Shown here: one piece after another, positions 56,523 to 64,000 of the stretch | Position numbering within the stretch: the stretch's first letter is position 1 | How the letters are laid out: each line of letters opens with the position of its first letter | Source: an uncultured Candidatus Saccharibacteria bacterium | Lineage (GTDB): Bacteria; Patescibacteriota; Minisyncoccia; Phycocordibacterales; Phycocordibacteraceae | NCBI GenBank assembly: GCA_964646315.1 | Contig: CAZYDN010000002.1 | Span: forward strand, 962 to 64,961 | Direction: 5' to 3' | DNA length: 64,000 nt | Notes under the pieces: generated by a model | What the model saw: the letters and a program-made list of their open reading frames with translations, nothing else | Told to the model about the DNA's origin: nothing | Database searches by the model: none | Made by a program: the position numbers and the translations under genes

Positions 56523-56647
56523 CAAAAACAATTATGTGAAATCCGCCTCTTATCGGGCGGATTTCGCTTTCCCCACAGCTATTGCGTTTTTCATGGTGAG
56601 CGTGGGCTATACTACTAAGTATTATCAGGGCCACGTAAATAGAAACC

Positions 56648-59101
56648 ATGCAGCAAGATACACAGACAACCGTTGCCGCAGCACCCGTGCTGCGCAAACG
56701 CCGTTTCTCGTTCGATGTCGCCGCAATCGGTGCAATTATTGCAACTGCAATGCTTGCAGCAATTGCCTTCATTCCAGTCGCAAGTGTTCCGTTCATTTTT
56801 ACTAAAGTTTCAATTCTCGCTATCGGTGCGCTTGTAACGCTCGCGCTCTACATCCTTGCGCGTCTTACGCGCGGAAATGCAATCGTTCCACCATTGCCAC
56901 TTCTTGGTGCGCTCTGGCTCGTTCCGTTTGCCTACCTATTGTCGTCACTCTTCTCGGGTGTAGGTATTCGTTCAGGATTCTTCGGAACGGATCTTGAGAC
57001 AGACACCTTTGGGTTTGTGCTTATTCTTACGGTACTTGCAACACTCACCGCGCTTGCATTCCGTCGTACCGGAAGTTACCGCACACTCTTTAAGGTAGGA
57101 GGTCTTACACTCGCGTTTGTAACGGGTGTCCAGATTCTCTTCTTTATTGCGAGTCGCATTATGCCTACTAAAGTTTCTGCAACAACAAACCTCATCGGTT
57201 CGTTCTCAGACCTCGGCATGCTTGTAGGGCTTGGTATTACCCTTGCCCTTCTCACTACTCGCTTCCTTACTATCGCTTCTCGCACACGCACCATACTTAT
57301 GGTGGCAGGAGGTCTAGGGCTCGTAGTACTCGCTGTAGTGAACTCCACTATCGTGTGGGCACTCGTAGCACTTGTAGCATTCGGTCTCTTTATTGAGGCA
57401 ATTATGAAGCATCGTGCTCCTATGGATGACTCGGATCTCGATGGGGTTGCACTTATGCTTTCTGAAAACGAGACTGAAGAGGGAGAGACGTCTACTCGTT
57501 CTCTCATCGCTCCGCTTGCAACACTTGCCGTAGCGCTCTTCTTCCTTATTGGAGGTTCTACTATTGGCAACGCTGTAGTGAACGCTCTTGGTGCAAACGT
57601 TATCGATGTTCGTCCATCATGGCAGTCTACGTTTGATGTAGGTAGCCACACCTATGCGTCTTCACCGGTATTTGGTTCTGGCCCTGGAACCTTCGGTGCG
57701 CAGTGGCTTAAGTTCCGTGATCGTTCTCTCAACGACACGGTGTTCTGGAGCATCGACTTTAGCTCTGGTATTGGATACATTCCTACCTCGTTCGTAACGA
57801 CCGGAGTTGTAGGAGCGCTCGCATGGATTGCATTCTTGGTCCTCTTCCTCTTCTTTGGACTTCGCATGCTTCTCTTGCGATCACCGCAGGATCCTTTTGT
57901 GCGCTTTACGAGCGTCGCTTCCTTCACTGGACTTCTCTACGTGATGGCACTTGCGATCTTCTCGGTCCCTGGACCAATTGTGCTACTCGCTGGATTCGTT
58001 CTTGCTGGTATCTTCATCTCGACGATGCGCTACAGCGAGAACGCACGTGAGTGGGGTATTATCTTCGCTCGTAGTCCTCGCGTAGGCTTTGTAATTGTCT
58101 TTGGACTTACTCTTCTACTCCTCGCCTCTATTCTTGCGGCATATGTAGTAGTAGAGCGCTACCTCGCTTCCACTAGTTACAACCAGGCAAGCATTGCGCT
58201 CGCTGCTGGAAAGCTCGACGAGGCTGAGGCTGCAGCTAATCGCTCCATCCTCTTCTCTCCAAGTGATCGTGCATACCAGATCTCTACCGCCGTAGGTATT
58301 GCTCGCATGCGCGCTATCGGAGCTGACACCACTCTCTCTGCGTCAGACGCACAGCAGAAGTTCCAGGGAGTACTCTCAAAGAGTATTCAGGACGCTCTAG
58401 CAGCAACCCAGCTTGGTCCAAACAATTACCAGAACTGGGTCATGCTTGGCAATGTGTACGGCATGGTTGTTCCACTCAAGATTGACGGTGCTTACCAGAA
58501 CGCAAAGACCGCATACGCTCGTGCACAGGCGCTCAACCCAACCAACCCAACGCTCCCATTCATCTTAGCGCAGCTTGAGATTGCTCAGGGTAATGGTCCT
58601 GCAGCAGAGGAAGCGCTTATCCAAGCTATTACTCTGAAGCACGACTTTACTCAGGCCATCTTCTTGCTCTCCCAGCTTGAAGTACAGCTTGGAAAGGCAA
58701 AGGAGGCACTTCAGGCCGCAGAAGCAGCAGCGTACTTTGCTCCAAACGATGCAGCAGTAGTATTCCAGGTAGGAATTCTCCGCTCTGCTAATGGAGACAC
58801 TGCAGGTGCTATTCAGGCTCTTGCCCGCTCAGTTGAGCTCAACCCTCAGTACGCAAACGCTCGCTTCTTCCTTGGTGTGATGTACGCCATCTCTGGAAAC
58901 CTTCCTAAGGCAGTTGAAGCTATCGAAGCTGTAGCAGCACTCTCACCTGAGAACGCTCAAGCAGTCGCAGCAGACCTCGCGTCACTCCGAAACGGCAAGA
59001 ATCCATTCCCGGCATCTCGCCTCGGTGCGCTCGGTATTCCTCAGACTGTTACTGAGCCAGCAGCTACAACCCCTGCCGCGGCAACCACGCCTGCTCAGTA
59101 G
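56648..59101 (+). CDS. O-antigen ligase-like polytopic membrane protein with C-terminal TPRs
   Basis: Many TM, FGSGPGTF loop, TPR-like helical repeats. Confidence 0.75.
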   Translation: MQQDTQTTVAAAPVLRKRRFSFDVAAIGAIIATAMLAAIAFIPVASVPFIFTKVSILAIGALVTLALYILARLTRGNAIVPPLPLLGALWLVPFAYLLSSLFSGVGIRSGFFGTDLETDTFGFVLILTVLATLTALAFRRTGSYRTLFKVGGLTLAFVTGVQILFFIASRIMPTKVSATTNLIGSFSDLGMLVGLGITLALLTTRFLTIASRTRTILMVAGGLGLVVLAVVNSTIVWALVALVAFGLFIEAIMKHRAPMDDSDLDGVALMLSENETEEGETSTRSLIAPLATLAVALFFLIGGSTIGNAVVNALGANVIDVRPSWQSTFDVGSHTYASSPVFGSGPGTFGAQWLKFRDRSLNDTVFWSIDFSSGIGYIPTSFVTTGVVGALAWIAFLVLFLFFGLRMLLLRSPQDPFVRFTSVASFTGLLYVMALAIFSVPGPIVLLAGFVLAGIFISTMRYSENAREWGIIFARSPRVGFVIVFGLTLLLLASILAAYVVVERYLASTSYNQASIALAAGKLDEAEAAANRSILFSPSDRAYQISTAVGIARMRAIGADTTLSASDAQQKFQGVLSKSIQDALAATQLGPNNYQNWVMLGNVYGMVVPLKIDGAYQNAKTAYARAQALNPTNPTLPFILAQLEIAQGNGPAAEEALIQAITLKHDFTQAIFLLSQLEVQLGKAKEALQAAEAAAYFAPNDAAVVFQVGILRSANGDTAGAIQALARSVELNPQYANARFFLGVMYAISGNLPKAVEAIEAVAALSPENAQAVAADLASLRNGKNPFPASRLGALGIPQTVTEPAATTPAAATTPAQ

Positions 59102-59119
59102 GAGTTATAGGGAGTAACG

Positions 59120-60796
59120 ATGGTCACCAAACTATTACAGACCATCACACAGCCAGTACGCGGCCTACACCAGGCCGCGTACTTGCTTGCGTCTCTTACC
59201 CTTGCGTCGCAAGTCCTGGCGCTCGTGCGTGACCGATTGTTTGCTCACCAGTTTGGTGCGGGGCAGATGCTCGACACCTACTACGCCGCGTTTCGAGTGC
59301 CTGACTTGGTGTTTGCACTGGTAGCGTCACTTGTTTCTGCGTACGTGCTTATCCCTCGTATTGCGGGAGCGGATGTAGCGGAATCGAGAAGGCTCATATC
59401 ACAAACAGCATCGTTCCTCTTTATTGGAGGAGGAATAATCTGCGCAGTTATAGCAGTAAACGCGCCCACACTGCTGACATTCGTGTATCCAAATCTGATG
59501 CAGGGACCTCATGCAAATGAGCTCGTCACACTTACACGACTACTTCTCTTGCAACCAATTATTTTGGGTTTGTCGGGTATTGCTACGAGTGTTACCCAGG
59601 TGAAGCGTAAATTTCTTATCTTTGCGCTTTCCCCTGTGCTCTACAACTTGGGGATTATTGGTGGAACAGTGTTCCTGTACCCAACGTATGGTCTTGCAGG
59701 TGTGGGTATGGGAGTAGTTTTGGGTGCACTCGCTCATCTGTGTATTCATGTGCCCGTACTTGCAAAGGCAAAACTTCTTCCGCGCCTAGTAATGCCTGAT
59801 CCAAAAGTGATATGGTACGTGATGAAAGATTCGCTCCCGCGCTCAATGGCACTTGGTATGGGGGCATTTGTCACGCTTGCACTTACTGCACTTGCCGCAA
59901 GGACTGGGGAGGGAGGTGTGTCTGTGTTTACCTTTGCCGGTAATCTTGAAGCTGTTCCTCTTTCGCTTGTTGGTGCTGCGTATGCTACCGCTGCGTTTCC
60001 GGTACTTGCTGAGCATCACCGTAAAAAGCAGGGCGTTGCGTATCGAGACACTATAAGTGCAGCAGCTCGCCATATCATCTTCTGGTCCTCCATTATTATG
60101 GTGCTCGCTATTGTTCTTCGTGCGCACATTGTTCGCATTGTGCTTGGTACCGGAGCTTTTGGTTGGGACGACACCAGGCTTACTGCCGCGATTCTTGCCA
60201 TACTCGTAGTAGCACTCGCCGCACAAGGTCTTATCCTTTTGTGCGCTCGGGCGTTCTATGCGGCTCAGCGCTCATGGAATCCGTTACTTATGCAACTGGG
60301 AGATGCGGGCATATCCGTTGCTGTTGCCGTTGGACTTATGTCGCTTGCCGCACAGTTTCCGATGCTTCGTTATTTCATGGAGTCACTATTTCGTGTGACT
60401 GATGTGGCGGGTGCGGAAATTCTCTTCATTGCGCTCGGCGCCACTATTGGACAGCTCATTGTGGCAGGTATCGCTCTCTATACCTTGCGCAGCGTAGCGC
60501 CCGGAGTGGCTCGCGCGCTCGTCCGTCCACTGCTTGAGGCTCTTGGGGCCGCCATTCTCGGAGGGACCGCAAGTTATGGGGTGCTTTCCTTCATGGGTAA
60601 TCTGGAACCGCTCACCACTACCCACGCGGTCTTCACGCAGGGCCTAGTGGCTGGTATGGTTGGACTTACGGTGGCTGTGGGGGTTTTGGCCAGCTTACGT
60701 AATAAGGAGTTTAAAGATCTCGTTGAGTCTCTTAAGCGTCTTAAAGCGCGTGATTTGCCACCCTCAGGCGGAGTACTCGATGAGAGTATCTCCTAA
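59120..60796 (+). CDS. murJ: Lipid II flippase MurJ
   Basis: LVRDRLFAHQFG, YYAAFRVPD, SPVLYN, ARAFYA. Confidence 0.92.
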   Translation: MVTKLLQTITQPVRGLHQAAYLLASLTLASQVLALVRDRLFAHQFGAGQMLDTYYAAFRVPDLVFALVASLVSAYVLIPRIAGADVAESRRLISQTASFLFIGGGIICAVIAVNAPTLLTFVYPNLMQGPHANELVTLTRLLLLQPIILGLSGIATSVTQVKRKFLIFALSPVLYNLGIIGGTVFLYPTYGLAGVGMGVVLGALAHLCIHVPVLAKAKLLPRLVMPDPKVIWYVMKDSLPRSMALGMGAFVTLALTALAARTGEGGVSVFTFAGNLEAVPLSLVGAAYATAAFPVLAEHHRKKQGVAYRDTISAAARHIIFWSSIIMVLAIVLRAHIVRIVLGTGAFGWDDTRLTAAILAILVVALAAQGLILLCARAFYAAQRSWNPLLMQLGDAGISVAVAVGLMSLAAQFPMLRYFMESLFRVTDVAGAEILFIALGATIGQLIVAGIALYTLRSVAPGVARALVRPLLEALGAAILGGTASYGVLSFMGNLEPLTTTHAVFTQGLVAGMVGLTVAVGVLASLRNKEFKDLVESLKRLKARDLPPSGGVLDESIS

Positions 60797-60834
60797 GCTT
60801 TTCGGCGCAGTAGGCCACTTCGCCTTCCTCTCTC

Positions 60835-62625
60835 ATGAACATACGAAACTTCAGCATCATTGCCCATATCGATCACGGCAAGTCTACCCTCGCGGATAGG
60901 CTTCTTGAACGAACAGGAACTATTGAGGCGCGCAAAATGCGCGACCAAGTACTCGATAAAATGGACCTTGAGCGCGAGCGCGGCATCACCATCAAAATGC
61001 AGCCGGCCCGCATGAAGTACAAGGCCAACAACGGAACCGAGTATGTCTTGAATCTCATTGATACCCCCGGACATATCGATTTTGCATACGAAGTATCGCG
61101 CGCGCTCTCAGCGGTAGAGGGAGTTATTTTGCTGGTGGACTCTACTCAAGGTATTCAGGCACAAACACTCACAACCTTGGGCATGGCCCGTAAGGCCGGA
61201 TGTGTGATTATTCCAGTCTTGTCCAAAATCGACTCACCAGCGTCTCGTGTAGAAGAAGTGGCACTCGAACTCGCGGAACTGCTCAGCATTGACCCTGAGT
61301 CTATTCTGGCGGTTTCAGGACGTACTGGAGAGGGGGTGGAGGCGCTACTTGAATCCTTGGTTGAGCGCGTACCCCCTCCACGCGCAAGCGAGGGAACAGA
61401 TGCTCGTGCGCTCATTTTCGACTTCTCTTTTTCAACGCATCGAGGCATTACGGTCTTCGCTCGTATTTTTGACGGTTCCTTTAAGAAAGGAGACGTACTA
61501 CGTTTTGCGGCGGCAGGCCAGCGATTTACGGTGCTTGAAACGGGTGTGTTCATGCCGGACGAACTCCAAACAGAATCACTCGGAGCGGGAGAGATTGGCT
61601 ACATCGTTACGGGTGTAAAAGAGGCGGGAGTTGTGGCGGTGGGAGACACCGTGCTCTCAGACAGAAAGGGAGCAGAGCCTCTCTCAGGGTTTGAGCTCCC
61701 GCGTCCGGTGGTGTGGGCGTCTATCTATCCGGAAAGTCAGGACGATCTTACGGAACTTCGTCAGGCTCTTGAACGTCTTCGTCTTTCAGATTCATCTCTT
61801 TCGTTTGAGGAAGAGTCCTCGGGTGTGCTTGGGCGTGGATTCCGTTGTGGCTTTTTAGGTATGCTCCACTTGGAGATTGTTTCTGAGCGTTTGAAACGTG
61901 AGTTTGATTTAGAACTCATTGTAACTATTCCTACTATTGCGTACGCCGTAACTGATAAGAAGGGTCAAAAAGAAACTATTTACACTGCTTCTAAATTCCC
62001 GGCATTTGGAGACATTATGGCAATTGAAGAGCCGTGGGTGCGCGTCATTTTAATTACGCCAAACGAAGCACTCTCTGGAATGATTCAACTCTTTCAGGAT
62101 CACGAAGGCGCAATCATGAACACGGAGACGCACCTGGATGGGCGTATTGAGCTGACTGCTGAGATGCCACTGCGAGAACTCATGCGCGGATTCTTTGATC
62201 GTGTAAAGAATGTGTCGTCCGGGTATGCGTCACTCTCATATGAGTTTTTGGATGAGCGTCCTGCAGACGTGGTGAAGCTCGAGATTTTTGTAGCGGACGA
62301 ACCGGTGCCAGCGTTTGCTCGTGTGGTAGCGCGCCGTCGTGTGGAGGAAGAAGGAGAGCGTATGGTGGAGAAACTGCACGGCATACTTCCACGCCAGATG
62401 TTTGTGCTTAAGATCCAGGCTCATGCACTGGGGCGTATTCTCGCATCTCGTAGTATTTCTGCACTTCGTAAAGACGTTACCGGGTACCTCTATGGAGGCG
62501 ATATCACCCGAAAGATGAAGCTGCTCGAGAAGCAAAAGAAGGGAAAGAAGCGTCGTGGAGAACACGCAAAGATGGAGATTCCGCAGGAGGTGTTTATGAA
62601 GATGGTGCAGGACTCGGAGCGGTAG
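60835..62625 (+). CDS. lepA: Elongation factor 4
   Basis: IRNFSIIAHIDHGKSTLADR, GFRCGFLGMLH, YGGDITRKMKLLEKQKKGK. Confidence 0.98.
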   Translation: MNIRNFSIIAHIDHGKSTLADRLLERTGTIEARKMRDQVLDKMDLERERGITIKMQPARMKYKANNGTEYVLNLIDTPGHIDFAYEVSRALSAVEGVILLVDSTQGIQAQTLTTLGMARKAGCVIIPVLSKIDSPASRVEEVALELAELLSIDPESILAVSGRTGEGVEALLESLVERVPPPRASEGTDARALIFDFSFSTHRGITVFARIFDGSFKKGDVLRFAAAGQRFTVLETGVFMPDELQTESLGAGEIGYIVTGVKEAGVVAVGDTVLSDRKGAEPLSGFELPRPVVWASIYPESQDDLTELRQALERLRLSDSSLSFEEESSGVLGRGFRCGFLGMLHLEIVSERLKREFDLELIVTIPTIAYAVTDKKGQKETIYTASKFPAFGDIMAIEEPWVRVILITPNEALSGMIQLFQDHEGAIMNTETHLDGRIELTAEMPLRELMRGFFDRVKNVSSGYASLSYEFLDERPADVVKLEIFVADEPVPAFARVVARRRVEEEGERMVEKLHGILPRQMFVLKIQAHALGRILASRSISALRKDVTGYLYGGDITRKMKLLEKQKKGKKRRGEHAKMEIPQEVFMKMVQDSER

Positions 62626-62658
62626 ACGCGGTAGGAGTAAAGAATGTAGGAACCGCAT

Positions 62659-62814
62659 AATTTTCTGCTGAAAATTTGCTCTCACTCGGCTACCCGCCAC
62701 CGTACGTTCCTACATCCTTTCTCCATACCGCTCACGTTCTTCGTATATGTAGAAGAATGGGTGGGAGGAGAGGAAAGGATGTGTCGCTTCGGTTGCTTTC
62801 GGTTTAGCAAATAT
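62659..62814. repeat. Long hairpin element, family B copy 2
   Basis: ATTTGCT/AGCAAAT ends; ACATCCTTTC/GAAAGGATGT stem; shares TGCTTYCGGTTTAG with 44548-44700. Confidence 0.65.
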
Positions 62815-62882
62815 CTAAACGATCTATCGCTCCTCGTAGAGTTAGAAGGAGAGGACGGGAGGGATGCGGTAAGATAGAGGGA

Positions 62883-63242
62883 ATGGCACGCAGACCTACC
62901 AAGAAGCGAATGAAGGAATATGTGATTGCAGGACTCCTTGCACTTGCGATTTTGTGGTTGCTTTGGCTTGTGTGGGGAATTGCCCGTAAGGAGGAAATTG
63001 CGCGCCGTGCCGTGCACGACACTAATGCTGAGCTCGCCATACTTAAAGAGCGACAGAAGGTACTCGAAGGAAATATTGCAGAGCTCTCTACGGAGCGTGG
63101 GAAGGAAGCTACGCTGCGTCAGACGTACGGAGTCGCAAAGCCAGGAGAGGAGGTCATTATTGTGGTGCCCCCTAAGGAGGCTACGACGACGCCCGTGCTC
63201 CCATGGTGGAAGAAAACCTTTAACTGGTTGGGTATTTGGTAG
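62883..63242 (+). CDS. Septum formation initiator (FtsB/DivIC-like)
   Basis: TM, coiled coil, LRQTYGVAKPGEEVI. Confidence 0.85.
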   Translation: MARRPTKKRMKEYVIAGLLALAILWLLWLVWGIARKEEIARRAVHDTNAELAILKERQKVLEGNIAELSTERGKEATLRQTYGVAKPGEEVIIVVPPKEATTTPVLPWWKKTFNWLGIW

Positions 63243-63267
63243 GGAAGAGTTTGGCTACACTACAGTA

Positions 63268-63296
63268 TTGACAAATAATCAAATAAGGTGTAATAT
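63268..63296 (+). promoter_or_regulatory. sigma70 promoter of the beta-barrel gene
   Basis: TTGACA-17-TAATAT. Confidence 0.75.
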
Positions 63297-63345
63297 GTAT
63301 ATGGAAAAGGCATGACGCCTTTCGTCCATTTTGGAGGGGAAACCC

Positions 63346-63996
63346 ATGTTCAACAAGACGATTCTCGCGGCCTCGGCCGCTTGCGCCCTCTTCTTCGGCA
63401 CCTCGGCCTTCGCGGCGGATTCCGACTGGCACGTCAGTGTCGGCGCGGGCTCGACGCAGATCGAGGACGAAAACGGATGGTCGCCCAGTGCTCGCGGTGC
63501 GAGCCTGGAACTGGCCCTCGGGCACGACCTCATGACCATCGGCGACATCACCTTCGGCCTGGAGACCGGCGTCAAGCACAACTGGGGCGACGCCTCGGAA
63601 CGCTCCCAGACCTGTGACGTGCCCAGTTGCGGCTACGTCGAGTACGGCACGTGGACGGCGTCCTCCCCCTGGTCGGGCAAGCTGGGCATCAACGCCCGGC
63701 ACCCGCTCGGTCCGGTCGACGTCTCGGTCGCGGCCGGCATCCAGCTCAACCAGCTGGTGCAGGAGTCGTCCTACGACTCCGGCGGCAAGGTGACCTCCTA
63801 CTGGAAGGACACCGACTTCGCGGTCGGTCCCTACTGGCGGGCGGGCGCGGACTACGCCTTCGGCGACACCTGGACGGCCGGGCTCGCCTACGAGCACGCC
63901 GACCTCACCCGCTCCAAGTGGAGCAGCACCTTCGGCGGGGGCTCCGACAAGCTCAATGCCGACAGCTGGTCCCTGCGGATCAGCAAGAAGCTCTGA
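63346..63996 (+). CDS. High-GC outer-membrane beta-barrel protein (OmpA/Ail-like)
   Basis: SD GGAGGGG; signal peptide ending AFA|AD; amphipathic strands WHVSVGAG, YWRAGADYAF, WTAGLAYEH, WSLRISKKL. Confidence 0.75.
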   Translation: MFNKTILAASAACALFFGTSAFAADSDWHVSVGAGSTQIEDENGWSPSARGASLELALGHDLMTIGDITFGLETGVKHNWGDASERSQTCDVPSCGYVEYGTWTASSPWSGKLGINARHPLGPVDVSVAAGIQLNQLVQESSYDSGGKVTSYWKDTDFAVGPYWRAGADYAFGDTWTAGLAYEHADLTRSKWSSTFGGGSDKLNADSWSLRISKKL

Positions 63997-64000
63997 CGCC

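Noticed and set aside
53751-56805. ORFs overlapping tRNA-Ser and RNase P RNA
   Set aside because: Explained by the RNA genes
63220-63897. 225-aa antisense ORF
   Set aside because: Shadow of GC-biased codon usage of the + strand gene

Overview
Bacterial chromosome segment, mostly + strand, about 65 tightly packed genes. Gene content (CxxC-x17-CxxC protein, TrpR-like YerC/YecD protein, Gmad2 and peptidoglycan-binding surface proteins, Fe-S-free Nth/MutY, no biosynthetic pathways) and TGA used as stop point to Patescibacteria/CPR, probably Parcubacteria; this is inference, not a database result. Core genes: typA, DEAD-box helicase, rnj, secG, groES-groEL, lemA-htpX, murJ, lepA, mltG, msrA/msrB, bcp, nth, mutY, class II photolyase, an RND pair, tRNA-Ser(GGA) and RNase P RNA. 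Many native genes look leaderless (-10 box 6-8 nt before ATG). Between them sit stand-alone cassettes with a sigma70-type promoter, a Shine-Dalgarno site and usually a terminator. Two carry genes that should not be in a monoderm CPR cell: a Caulobacteraceae-type cell-cycle regulator gcrA (one-base frameshift) and a high-GC outer-membrane beta-barrel. Top hypothesis: an epibiont that captured genes from an alphaproteobacterial host and may use them against it. Also seen: two families of dispersed structured intergenic elements, a 48-bp perfect palindrome, five small ORFs missed by the ORF track, and candidate host-attachment proteins. No CRISPR array, integrase or transposase was found.
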